A DNA stretch of 64,000 nucleotides from a virus. The first letter of the stretch is position 1; each line of letters starts with the position of its first letter. Location of the stretch: the IMG/VR virus record IMGVR_UViG_3300031111_000001, positions 50,563 through 114,562 of that record; one strand, written 5' to 3'. A model generated the notes under the pieces. The model saw only the letters and a program-made list of their open reading frames with translations, searched no databases and was not told the origin of the DNA. The translations under genes were made by a program, and so were the position numbers. This document shows, piece by piece, positions 15,092 through 24,407 of the stretch.

Positions 15092-18000
15092 CTATTTCTT
15101 GAGGTTGAAGATTTTTTTCAGAATCTCCAAAGTTTCCATGTATTTCTCGTTGGGGCCAGCGTTGAACTTGGCGTTCTGCGGCGAGTAGGTGAACAGCACG
15201 TAGCAATCCAACTCCTCGTTGAAGATGCACCTGTTCGCCATATCCCCAATCTTCGCGGAATCCGCGCCCAGAACCTTTTGGAACTGTGCGGAAGAACACA
15301 CGATCAGCTTGGGCTGGACGGCTTTGATTTCGGCCTTCAAGAAGACCTCTGGGCACCTCTCGCAACACTCCTTCGGGGCGTTGTTGATCAGCCCGAAGTT
15401 GCACTTGAGCGGGGAGGTGTAGTAGACCTTCGTGGTCTTGATTCCGATGTAGTCGAGGCACTCCAGCAACCACCTCGTCACCTTGGACGAGAAGTGGGCC
15501 GTCTCATGCTGGGTGGGGTTGTTGATCCACATGATGGCCGGTTTGTAGGCTGTCACGGGCATCAAGGGTGTCAGTTGGGAGTGCTGGGCAGCGCAGTTTG
15601 TGATCCCGTCCACAATCCCCTGGATCATCCCCTTGTCCACCGGGGGACGCTTTTCGTTGATCTCAAACTGCGGAAGCGTCTCAAAAAGCGAGAGCAGCTT
15701 CTTCAGGTTCAAGATGCGCCGGTCGTCGTCGATCTCGTACTCACCCAGGCTGTGGAAGGCGTCGGCCATAAAAAGGGCCTCACGGACGCGCTTGTTGCAC
15801 TGCCGCTTGGTGATGCGATCCTCAAAATCCTTCGTGCTGAGAAAAACACCACCCTTGTCACGGACTTCTATGATGTGTTCCACGGCCTTGGTGCCCACAC
15901 CCTTGATGCAAGACAAGGGGGCGATGATCTCGCCATTGTCGATAATGTAGTCATCGCCAGCGGATCGGTTGATGTCAGGGAACTGCACGGGAATCCCCAT
16001 GCGCTTGCATTCCTTAATGTAAACCGGCAAGTTGTCCCTTTTGGTCGTTTTGGACAATAGAGCGCACATGTACTCCACCGGATAGTGGAGCTTCAGATAC
16101 ATGCTCCACGCGCTCAGATGTGTGTAGCAACAGGCGTGCGACTTGTTGAAGGAATAGTTGGCAAAGGACACCATCTTACCGAAAGTATCCTCGGCAACCT
16201 CTTTGTTGATCCCGTTGGAAACGCAGCCGGTGACAAAGTGTTCCTTGTGCTTGTTGAACTCGTCCGCACCCAGCTTTTTGCCCACGATCTTGCGCATCTT
16301 GTCGGCTTCGGCGAAGGTGAATCCGCCCATATCAACGAAGATTCGCATCATCTGCTCCTGATAAATCAGGACGCCCTTGGTGGGCTTCAGGATGGCCTCG
16401 ATCTCCGCGCAGGAATATGTCTCGTAATCGTCCCCACGGGCGATCCGGGCATACCGCTCAGTCTCACCAGACTCCAAAGAGCCGGGCCGGTTCAGTGCGG
16501 TTATGTCAGTGACCTCGTTGAAGTTCTGCGCGTTGATGGCCTTGAGCCACCGCCTGGACGAATCGGACTCAAACTGGAAGATGCCGATGGAATCTCCCTC
16601 GGAGAATGCCTTCATGACCTTCTCGTCGTTCAGGGGCAGCTTGGTGAACTCGATGTCCACCCCGTGGCCGTCCTTGATCAGCTTCGCGGTATGGTTCAGC
16701 ACAGAGAGCGTACCCAGTCCCAAAAGGTCCATCTTGATCAACCCAAAGGGCTTCTCACACGTTCTCTTGTCCCAGCAGATGGCCTCCGTATCCTCCTTGT
16801 GAACGATGGCCGCACAGTCGATCAGAGGCCGCTTGGCGACGATCAGACCAGCCGCATGCACGCCCATCTGGCGAATCCTGCCATTCAGCTTCAGGGCCTG
16901 TTCCACGATGATCGGGTAGTCCTGTTTGAACTGGATCAGTTCAGGGATGTGGTCGAACGCTTCGGCGTCCGTGTAGGTGCCCACAACCTTGCCGGAATCG
17001 TCCTTGAGAGTGCCTGCTTCGATCAGCTTGGACAGCTTGTTGACCTTGTCCAGCGGAATGCCAGACAGCCTGGACACGTCTCGGAAAGCCGACTTCGCCT
17101 TCAGGTAGGAGAACGTCGAGATCGAAGCCGTCTTGTCGTGACCGTACTTGCCGCGCACGTACTCAAACACCTCGGCCCGCCGATCATCTTGGAAGTCGAT
17201 GTCGATGTCGGGGTAGTCGATGCGCTCCGGGTTCAGGAACCGCTCAAAGTACAGTTCGAATTCCAGCGGATCGACTTGCGTGATGTCGAGCAGATAGCAG
17301 ACCAGAGAGCCGCAGGACGAACCACGGGCGGGGCCAACCATGATCCCTTGTTCGCGGGACCAGCGGATCACATCCTCCACAACGAGGAAGTACGTGGTGA
17401 AGTCTTTGCCCTTGATGACCTCGATCTCGTAGAGCAGCCTCTTCTGGTACTCGGCGTGGCGTTCGGCGGGAATCACCCCGGCGATCTTGCGTCTCCACCC
17501 CTCCATCAGCTTCTGGCCGAAGATTTTCTCGTCGGCTTCCACGTAGGGACTGGGCAGTTCGATGGGGAAGTCGGGCATTTCCACGGCCCAGCACTTCTGG
17601 GCGACCTCCACGGTATTCTTCATGGCAGTCATCCAGACCTCGTCGGGCATGTAGCCCAAGGCCCGGAAGTCAGCCGCCATTTCGGCGATGGACTTCATGT
17701 AGAAGGTGGTGCCCATGCGCCACCGCTTGGGATCGTTGATGCTCCGATTGGACTGGATCGCCAGTAGAATATCGTGCGTCTGGGCGTCCTCGGCGCGGGC
17801 ATAGTGGGCGTCGTTGGTGGCGACCAGCTTGGTGCCATACTGCTGCGAAAGGGCCATGGCCCGCTCGTTGACGATCCGCTGAAGGTCACCACGGCCCCCA
17901 CGGTCATCGATGATGACGTGGGGCATGACTTCCATGTAGAGGTCTTCGCCATACGCCTGATGGAGCATGGCGAAGATGTCCATGAAGTCGTCGCGGATCA

Positions 18001-18400
18001 GCGGGCCGATGCAGCATGCCGTGGTGACCACGCAGTCCTTGAAGTGCTTGATCTGATCAATGGTCAGGCGGGGCCGGTAGTAAAACTGCCGGTTCGCGAT
18101 GGTCAGATGCTTCATGATGGACTGAACACCGCTCCAGTTCTTCGCGAGAACATTCAGGTGGATGCGCTTCTCGCCCTTCTGGCCCTCTTTCGTTTCGGCG
18201 CAATAGAACTCGCAGCCGATGATGGGCTTCATGCCACGCGCCCTGGCCTTGCTGTAGAACTCGGGCAGACCAGAAATACAGGCATGATCCGTCATGGCGA
18301 CGGTGTTCACGCCCAACTCCTGTGCCCTGTCCAGCATCTCGTCGATCTTCATCAAGCCGTCGAGGGCGCTGTATTCTGTGTGATTGTGTAAATGGATCAT
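15092..18400 (-). CDS. dnaE: DNA polymerase III alpha subunit with C-terminal UDG-like domain
   Basis: PHP HLHNHTEYS-LDG, TDH, TNDAHY; RGSSCGSL; ERFLNPER-DYPDIDIDF; HAAG; KMDLLGL; YSFNKSH. Confidence 0.95.
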   Translation of the reverse strand: MIHLHNHTEYSALDGLMKIDEMLDRAQELGVNTVAMTDHACISGLPEFYSKARARGMKPIIGCEFYCAETKEGQKGEKRIHLNVLAKNWSGVQSIMKHLTIANRQFYYRPRLTIDQIKHFKDCVVTTACCIGPLIRDDFMDIFAMLHQAYGEDLYMEVMPHVIIDDRGGRGDLQRIVNERAMALSQQYGTKLVATNDAHYARAEDAQTHDILLAIQSNRSINDPKRWRMGTTFYMKSIAEMAADFRALGYMPDEVWMTAMKNTVEVAQKCWAVEMPDFPIELPSPYVEADEKIFGQKLMEGWRRKIAGVIPAERHAEYQKRLLYEIEVIKGKDFTTYFLVVEDVIRWSREQGIMVGPARGSSCGSLVCYLLDITQVDPLEFELYFERFLNPERIDYPDIDIDFQDDRRAEVFEYVRGKYGHDKTASISTFSYLKAKSAFRDVSRLSGIPLDKVNKLSKLIEAGTLKDDSGKVVGTYTDAEAFDHIPELIQFKQDYPIIVEQALKLNGRIRQMGVHAAGLIVAKRPLIDCAAIVHKEDTEAICWDKRTCEKPFGLIKMDLLGLGTLSVLNHTAKLIKDGHGVDIEFTKLPLNDEKVMKAFSEGDSIGIFQFESDSSRRWLKAINAQNFNEVTDITALNRPGSLESGETERYARIARGDDYETYSCAEIEAILKPTKGVLIYQEQMMRIFVDMGGFTFAEADKMRKIVGKKLGADEFNKHKEHFVTGCVSNGINKEVAEDTFGKMVSFANYSFNKSHACCYTHLSAWSMYLKLHYPVEYMCALLSKTTKRDNLPVYIKECKRMGIPVQFPDINRSAGDDYIIDNGEIIAPLSCIKGVGTKAVEHIIEVRDKGGVFLSTKDFEDRITKRQCNKRVREALFMADAFHSLGEYEIDDDRRILNLKKLLSLFETLPQFEINEKRPPVDKGMIQGIVDGITNCAAQHSQLTPLMPVTAYKPAIMWINNPTQHETAHFSSKVTRWLLECLDYIGIKTTKVYYTSPLKCNFGLINNAPKECCERCPEVFLKAEIKAVQPKLIVCSSAQFQKVLGADSAKIGDMANRCIFNEELDCYVLFTYSPQNAKFNAGPNEKYMETLEILKKIFNLKK

Positions 18401-18433
18401 ATACTTGTTGTCCTTCAGGGACGCGCTTGGAAG

Positions 18434-18856
18434 CTACTCAAACAGCAAGTAGTCGTTCTGCCGAAGCAGTTCTTCAAACTTGTCGAGTAGGTCTTCGACG
18501 TGTCTTTCAGCTTGGCGAATGCCGGTTATTTGTTCAGAGGGGACGTTCTTGTTGAACAGCCGCGCAGCATGGTTTTTGAGTCCCTGTGCGGCGGCGATAA
18601 TGATTTTTTGTTCGTTCTGAGTGAACGTGCGAAGCATCCGCTCAATATCCATGATGGCGATCAGAGGCTCCTCAAAAGAGGGGCAGGCGAGGCACATGCA
18701 GACGCCTTGCGCGTCAAACACGCTTGTCTCGCCCCAGCGAAAACGACCACCACGGATGGCGTCACGTTCATCGAAATAGAACTTGATGCAACTTTCGGCA
18801 CTAGAGAAGCGGATTTCTTCGATAACGAAAGTGTTAAATGCCTGTTCTTGCGACAT
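18434..18856 (-). CDS. hypothetical protein (possible sigma region-4-like C-terminus)
   Basis: Between helicase and dnaE; DIERMLRTFTQNEQKII pattern. Confidence 0.55.
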   Translation of the reverse strand: MSQEQAFNTFVIEEIRFSSAESCIKFYFDERDAIRGGRFRWGETSVFDAQGVCMCLACPSFEEPLIAIMDIERMLRTFTQNEQKIIIAAAQGLKNHAARLFNKNVPSEQITGIRQAERHVEDLLDKFEELLRQNDYLLFE

Positions 18857-18857
18857 G

Positions 18858-20264
18858 CTATATGATCCTAAAACCCTCCTCTTGTTGAACGAGTCTGTAC
18901 CTACGCATAGAATGCTCTTCTAACTTGTGATGAAACCTGTCGATGAAATCGATTATGACGCAGTAGTTCTGTTCCTCCTTTGGCCGCATGGCGCGACCTG
19001 TCCGTTGGAAAAGCGCTGGTGCAGATTTGGTCCCTCCAGCCAGCACGACTGCCCCAATACAATCTGTGTCTACACCTTCGTCAAAGATGTTGGTGCAGAT
19101 GATACAGTCCCTTTTGCCACTCGCTAAAGCAGCAATTGCTTCTTCTCGCTCACCTGTGTTGTCTTCTCCATCGACATATTGAGCATTCACTCCTGCGTCT
19201 GTGAACATTTCCAGCAGTGTCCTGCCGTGTTCTTTTTCGACGACGATCACAAGAGCTTTTTTGCCCATTCCAATGAGCGTTTTTGTTTGGTCAATGATCA
19301 CGCGGTTGCGGTATGCATTCCCGATGATGCCCTGCTCGTAAATGTCTCTCCAGTTGCGCAGTCGCTTCAGGCTTTTCGGCTCGTCAATGTAGTAGAATTT
19401 GAATAGCGGACGGGCGAGATACCCACGCTCGATCAATTCTGTGGCCGTGACCTTCGCGATGATGGGGCCAGTAATGCCCTCCAGCATCAGGTTGGCTTCC
19501 TGATCATCATGCATGAACGGCGTAGCCGTGAGGCCAAAGCGGAAGTGCGCATTGTGGCATGCGTTGGCGGCACGCCAAAAGTAGGACGCACCAGCCCGGT
19601 GCGCCTCGTCGATGAAGAGGCATTGATACTTGGCAAGCTCGTCGTTGATCTGCCTTGCCTTTTTTGGGTTTTTGCCCATTCGCTGGATGGTTTGAACCAT
19701 TGCGAAAGTGATCTTGCCCGGCTCATAAACACCGTCGCCAATCAGACCAAACTGGTCGGCGAACTCCGGTAGCCGGGAAAGATACCTGCGATGCGACTGG
19801 CGCATCAGGTTGACCCTGTGCGTCAAAAAGATCGTGGGCACCCCTAGAGCCTTTGTAGCGGCTGCGGAAACCTCCGTCTTCCCCGATCCAGTAGCAAGAT
19901 GAACGATCCCTCGCTTCTGTTCCAGCATGTCTTGCAGGGTTTTCTCTTGATAATCCCGCAAGGTGGTGCCGTGCAGCGTATGGTCGCCAAGCCGTCCAAC
20001 CGGGTTATTGCGCTCGTCTGCGATCTCGTACTGGACATTCGCAGCATGGAGCGCGGCCACAACTCTGGGAGTAAAGCCAGTAAGGAAGTGGAAATTCTGG
20101 GTGTTGTAGTAGGATTGGATGCCGTCCCATTGGATACCTCGCTTCCGGGCTATGTGTTCGGCTCCCTTCACTTTGTACGACAGTGTCTCGTACAAAATCT
20201 TCTGGGCTTCCCAGTCTTCCCCCACAACCCGCGTGAAAATGTCTCCGACTACGAGTCGAATCAT
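18858..20264 (-). CDS. superfamily 2 DEAH helicase (UvsW-like)
   Basis: LRDYQ, ATGSGKT, DEAH, TATP, FDEGVD, QRTGRAMR. Confidence 0.9.
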   Translation of the reverse strand: MIRLVVGDIFTRVVGEDWEAQKILYETLSYKVKGAEHIARKRGIQWDGIQSYYNTQNFHFLTGFTPRVVAALHAANVQYEIADERNNPVGRLGDHTLHGTTLRDYQEKTLQDMLEQKRGIVHLATGSGKTEVSAAATKALGVPTIFLTHRVNLMRQSHRRYLSRLPEFADQFGLIGDGVYEPGKITFAMVQTIQRMGKNPKKARQINDELAKYQCLFIDEAHRAGASYFWRAANACHNAHFRFGLTATPFMHDDQEANLMLEGITGPIIAKVTATELIERGYLARPLFKFYYIDEPKSLKRLRNWRDIYEQGIIGNAYRNRVIIDQTKTLIGMGKKALVIVVEKEHGRTLLEMFTDAGVNAQYVDGEDNTGEREEAIAALASGKRDCIICTNIFDEGVDTDCIGAVVLAGGTKSAPALFQRTGRAMRPKEEQNYCVIIDFIDRFHHKLEEHSMRRYRLVQQEEGFRII

Positions 20265-20325
20265 TCTGGGGTGGACCTCCTCGTCCTGCGACGAGCGAGA
20301 TTCAGCGGCGGGTGCTGTCGTAGAG

Positions 20326-20357
20326 TTAGTCGGTCTGGGCTACGTGTCTGGATGAAT
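20326..20357 (-). promoter_or_regulatory. phage-specific promoter, copy 4
   Basis: ATTCATCCAGACACGTAGCCCAGACCGACTAA upstream of the helicase. Confidence 0.7.
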
Positions 20358-20546
20358 TTTTTTTCTGGCTATCAACGCGCATGCGCGATCTTACAGTCTT
20401 ATATAAATATATATTATATATATAATTATTAAGAATATAAGAACTCTTAGTCTCTGTTCAAAACTGCTTCGCAGTTTTTCGCGACGAGACTAAACGTGCG
20501 CTGGGGCGCTCGATTTTTGGCCGCGCAAAAACTTTTTTCGAGAAAT
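20358..20546. other. candidate replication origin (AT-rich unwinding element)
   Basis: Almost pure A/T tract about 20399-20440 between divergent promoters of the replication genes. Confidence 0.5.
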
Positions 20547-20578
20547 TTTCATCCAGACACGGGACTCGCTTCGTCCAA
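20547..20578 (+). promoter_or_regulatory. phage-specific promoter, copy 5 (divergent)
   Basis: TTTCATCCAGACACGGGACTCGCTTCGTCCAA; same spacing, -10 variant CGTCCAA. Confidence 0.65.
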
Positions 20579-20607
20579 TCAGACGAACACACCAGCAAGG
20601 AGCGAGT

Positions 20608-21240
20608 ATGGATGAACGCATGCTGTACGAGAAAAAGTGGCATGATTATAGACTTTTATCACCAGAGGGCGCGAACTTCGTGTTTTTACAGGAGTTTATC
20701 GCAGCCTACAGGGCCTACTCCGAGATTCGAAGGGGCACCAGCTACATCAACCCCCTGAGTTACAAGCGAAAAAAGAAAGACCCAGAGACAGGAAAGCCGA
20801 AAACCACCAGCGTTTCTGTGCCGGTGGCAGAGGCCCCGTACCGCTGGCCGAGTTGGAAGGTGTTGGTCGAGCTTCGCCAGTGGGCCGACAGCCGGGGCAT
20901 GAAGTACGACAACTTCTGGGCCTGGGCGTTCAAGGCGACCATCGAGTGCCGCCACAGGTTTTTTGCCATCAACTACTGCAAAAGCAAGTGCGTACTGGGT
21001 AAAATTGCGGAATACGCCAAAGAATCCAAACTGATCCCTCTGTCGAAGCTGCCTCTCTTCAAACCCGAGAACTACCGGGGCTTTGAGGCACAGAACGACT
21101 ATTATTGGTACATCGTGTCCAGCGTGCGCGAGAAATATCTTGGCGAATACGTCGAGAAGCTCCGTACCGCAGCAGAAGATGGCCTGATCAGTTGGGATTT
21201 CTTGCAAACCTTTACCAAGGAGTTCAAGGAAAAAGTATGA
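20608..21240 (+). CDS. putative replication initiator/helicase loader
   Basis: Between the candidate origin and DnaB, coupled ATGA; function inferred from position. Confidence 0.5.
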   Translation: MDERMLYEKKWHDYRLLSPEGANFVFLQEFIAAYRAYSEIRRGTSYINPLSYKRKKKDPETGKPKTTSVSVPVAEAPYRWPSWKVLVELRQWADSRGMKYDNFWAWAFKATIECRHRFFAINYCKSKCVLGKIAEYAKESKLIPLSKLPLFKPENYRGFEAQNDYYWYIVSSVREKYLGEYVEKLRTAAEDGLISWDFLQTFTKEFKEKV

Positions 21241-22544
21241 ATCAGCAGTTTGAGGAGAAGGTGTTGGCCTGTTTCTTGCGCTTGAAGGAGTTCACGGCCA
21301 TCACCGCACCGTTCCTGCAACCATCACTCTTCACCGATACGGTATTTCACAATCTCTACAAAATTGCTCACAACTTCTGGACGCTTTACGACGCCCAGCT
21401 TACAGAAGCTGGATTTTCCAAGGCGATGTCCAATCTTTTGGAAAGAAAGGTCATCGATAAGACGGAAGTCGGGGCCTACGTCGCCCGGTACAAACGTCTG
21501 CTCCAGGCTGATGTGAGTGACCACAAGTTCGTTATGGACGAATTGACGAACTTCGTGCGGCACCAGCGCACCAAGGCTCTGATTGAGAAGACCGTCAAGG
21601 AGTACCTGCCAAAGGGCAGGATCGACAACTTTCTTGCGGACGCCGAGGGCATTCGGGCAATCAGCGGCATTGGCCGTGTAGACGACGTGAGCTATTGGGC
21701 TGAAGAGCGGATCAAGCAGAGGTTTGAGAGGCGTGAGAGGGAAAAGATCGAGTGCATCCGTGGAATCACCACGGGCATCAAGCGGCTCGACGATGCCCTC
21801 CATAAGAGTGGCTGGTTGAAGCGAGAACTGTACGCAGTTCTTGGTGATTCCAAAGCCGGTAAGACACAGTTCCTGCTGTGGTGCGCGAATGCCGCAGCGT
21901 GGGCTGGATACCGCGTCGGGTACTGGACTTTTGAGACATCCACGGAGGTGCTTGAAGACCGCCTGGATGCCTTGAACGTCAACGTCCCGATCAGAAATGT
22001 CACCTCTCAGAACAAGGCCATCATCGACAAGATGATGGCGAACAGACCCACCGGGAACATTCACTTCTTCGAATATCCCACGAAAACCTGTACCCCGGCG
22101 AACATTCGCAACGACCTGCATCGCATGGCCGTGGCCGGGACTCCCATTCAGTTCGGCATCTTCGACTACCTCGACATCTCTAAGTCCGAACGCAGGTATG
22201 ACAGCAAGTGGGACGAGCAGGTTGCCGTTTTTGAGGACACTAGAGCAATTCTAGGCCGTCCTGAGAAAGGGGGTTTTGATATCCCCGGTCTGACCGGCAT
22301 TCAGGTTGGTCAGAAAGGCAGTGGAAAACAGATCGTCAGTGCGTCAGACGGCGCAGGGGCTTATGAGAAAATTGCCGTGGTGGATGGCGCATTGACCATC
22401 AGCGGCACAGAAGAGGACCGCAGAAATAACGAATTGTACATCAATTTGAGCCGGTTCCGTAACGCCCCGCCAATCACGCTAAAGATCAAAACCGATTATG
22501 AACGCGGACGCTTCTACAAAGAGTTCGTACAAACAGCAATTTAG
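21237..22544 (+). CDS. dnaB: DnaB-like replicative helicase
   Basis: GITTGIKRLD, Walker A GDSKAGKT, TFE, FDYLD, RFRN; start trimmed to 21237. Confidence 0.85.
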   Translation: MNQQFEEKVLACFLRLKEFTAITAPFLQPSLFTDTVFHNLYKIAHNFWTLYDAQLTEAGFSKAMSNLLERKVIDKTEVGAYVARYKRLLQADVSDHKFVMDELTNFVRHQRTKALIEKTVKEYLPKGRIDNFLADAEGIRAISGIGRVDDVSYWAEERIKQRFERREREKIECIRGITTGIKRLDDALHKSGWLKRELYAVLGDSKAGKTQFLLWCANAAAWAGYRVGYWTFETSTEVLEDRLDALNVNVPIRNVTSQNKAIIDKMMANRPTGNIHFFEYPTKTCTPANIRNDLHRMAVAGTPIQFGIFDYLDISKSERRYDSKWDEQVAVFEDTRAILGRPEKGGFDIPGLTGIQVGQKGSGKQIVSASDGAGAYEKIAVVDGALTISGTEEDRRNNELYINLSRFRNAPPITLKIKTDYERGRFYKEFVQTAI

Positions 22545-22547
22545 GGG

Positions 22548-22581
22548 TTGACAGAGTAGGAATTTTCGCTTACCTTCGCAA
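22548..22581 (+). promoter_or_regulatory. sigma70-type promoter
   Basis: TTGACA-N17-TACCTT, overlapping the ACCTTCGCAA element. Confidence 0.65.
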
Positions 22582-22677
22582 TCATTCAACGGCAACCACC
22601 TTTGGGCGGGGCCGTCTTCGTTTGGCCGAAGTGTAGCGATTTTTAATTACCAGCGCAACCAAAACAAGGAGAAGCAT

Positions 22678-24084
22678 GTGAGTATTATCACCTTCAATTA
22701 CAACGGAAATCGCATCCGGGGGATCGAGCAGGACCACAAGGTCGGATTTTCCATGCGTGACATCATCCGTGCCCATGGCCTGGACCTGAAGGCCGACGGT
22801 ATGCGGATAGCAGCGGCTCTGAACCAGTGCCCCGATAAGGGCGGTTCTTTCACCATGTCTCGCTCCAATTGCCCGGAACTGTTCGACAACGTCGGCAGGC
22901 GCGGCGGTACGCAGCGCAAGATGTTGACCCTGGAGTCCATGAATATCCTCGCCAAGGCCAAGACGCCCTACGGCAGGGCCATCAAAGCCATGCTCCCGTG
23001 GGCCGAGCGGTACTCCGTACTCACCCACGGCCAGCCCGTTTTCAAGACCGGCCCGACCACCACAGCCAAGAAGACCGGCAAGGCCGTGCCCTTCACGGCC
23101 AAGGGTGAGATCATCCCGGCCAACGCCGCCGATCTGGTCACCATCGTGGACGGCAAGCCCATGACCACCTCTCTGATCGTGGCCGAGAAGTTCGGGAAGG
23201 ACCACAAGACTGTGCTGCGTAATGTGCAACTGTGCGAATGTTCTGAGCAATTCGCCCAGCACAATTTTGTGCCCGGCTCATATTTGGATAAGAACAGCCA
23301 GTCCCGCAAGATGACCCTCATGACCCGCGACGGCTTCACCTTCCTCGCCATGGGCTTCACCGGCAAGAAGGCTGCGAAGTTCAAGGAGGACTACATCGCC
23401 GCCTTCAACATGATGGAGCAGCGCCTCATGAGCCAGACCACGGCCCCGGCCACCCTGGACATGACCACCATGATCCCTGCGCTCACCAATGCCATCGCCC
23501 CTGTGATTGCCAACACCATGGCCGACGCCATCGCCAAGCGTGAGGACAGCCTGGGCCGTCGCATGGACGAGATCAACCGGCTGAACCGCGAAGCCGCCCA
23601 AAACGATCTCGCCCGGCTGGGCAACCACTTCAGTGCGCTGGGCGTCAAGCTGGACCAGACCACGGCTGACCACGCGAACCTCAAACGGGAAATGACCTTG
23701 GCCCTTCAGACCATGGCCGAGCGCGAGAAGATTCGCCGGGCCACCGAGATCAAGCGGACCAATCGGCTCCGGTTCACCAACGCCGTGGTCGCCGCCGCCA
23801 CCCGTGACGGGGCCAACCCGCAGGACTACTACAACAAGGTCTACGACACCATGGAGGCCCGTGGGTACATCAATCTCAGCGGCAGACCCCGCAAGATGCC
23901 CAAGGTGGAGTTCGTCGAAATGTGGGGCATGCTTCCCAAGGCGTTCGCCGTCATGGCCGAACTGCTCTACGGCGACGAGGCGTTCGACGTGCTGATCACC
24001 AATACCTACGACATGCCGCCGAACGCCCCCACGGCCCAGGCCACCACTCCCGGTGCCATCGCCAGCGGCACGCTGATCAACTAG
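22678..24084 (+). CDS. Rha-family phage regulatory protein (Bro-N-like N-terminus)
   Basis: TTSLIVAEKFGKDHKTVLR...MTRDGFTFLAMGFTGKKAAKFKEDYIAAFNMME is the Rha domain signature. Confidence 0.9.
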   Translation: MSIITFNYNGNRIRGIEQDHKVGFSMRDIIRAHGLDLKADGMRIAAALNQCPDKGGSFTMSRSNCPELFDNVGRRGGTQRKMLTLESMNILAKAKTPYGRAIKAMLPWAERYSVLTHGQPVFKTGPTTTAKKTGKAVPFTAKGEIIPANAADLVTIVDGKPMTTSLIVAEKFGKDHKTVLRNVQLCECSEQFAQHNFVPGSYLDKNSQSRKMTLMTRDGFTFLAMGFTGKKAAKFKEDYIAAFNMMEQRLMSQTTAPATLDMTTMIPALTNAIAPVIANTMADAIAKREDSLGRRMDEINRLNREAAQNDLARLGNHFSALGVKLDQTTADHANLKREMTLALQTMAEREKIRRATEIKRTNRLRFTNAVVAAATRDGANPQDYYNKVYDTMEARGYINLSGRPRKMPKVEFVEMWGMLPKAFAVMAELLYGDEAFDVLITNTYDMPPNAPTAQATTPGAIASGTLIN

Positions 24085-24173
24085 GGGCATTTTTGCGCCC
24101 AAAGCGGAGGTGGGTTCGCTCACCTCCGCAACCAAAATCCTTCGCAACACAAACAATTAACAAGGAGAATTTT

Positions 24174-24407
24174 ATGGCCTCTTCCAGTGGCGGCATGGGC
24201 CTTTGCAGCGTCCTGCTTGTCGTCTTCATCGTCCTCAAACTGGTCGGCGTGATCGCGTGGTCGTGGTGGCTGGTTCTGACCCCTCTGTGGGTTGGCATCG
24301 CCCTGTGGATCATCATCATCATTATCGCCCTCCTGTTCACCAACAAGATCAAGAAGCACGGCAAGAGCCTCTTCGACGAGTTCGACAAGGCGGTGAGCCG
24401 TGGCTGA
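24174..24407 (+). CDS. small phage membrane protein
   Basis: FIVLKLVGVIAWSWWLVLTPLW motif; RBS AAGGAG. Confidence 0.75.
   Translation: MASSSGGMGLCSVLLVVFIVLKLVGVIAWSWWLVLTPLWVGIALWIIIIIIALLFTNKIKKHGKSLFDEFDKAVSRG

Noticed and set aside
15092-22544. Inteins or introns in dnaE, the helicases or recA
   Set aside because: Protein lengths and motif spacing are normal, and no intein terminal motifs or interrupted frames were seen.
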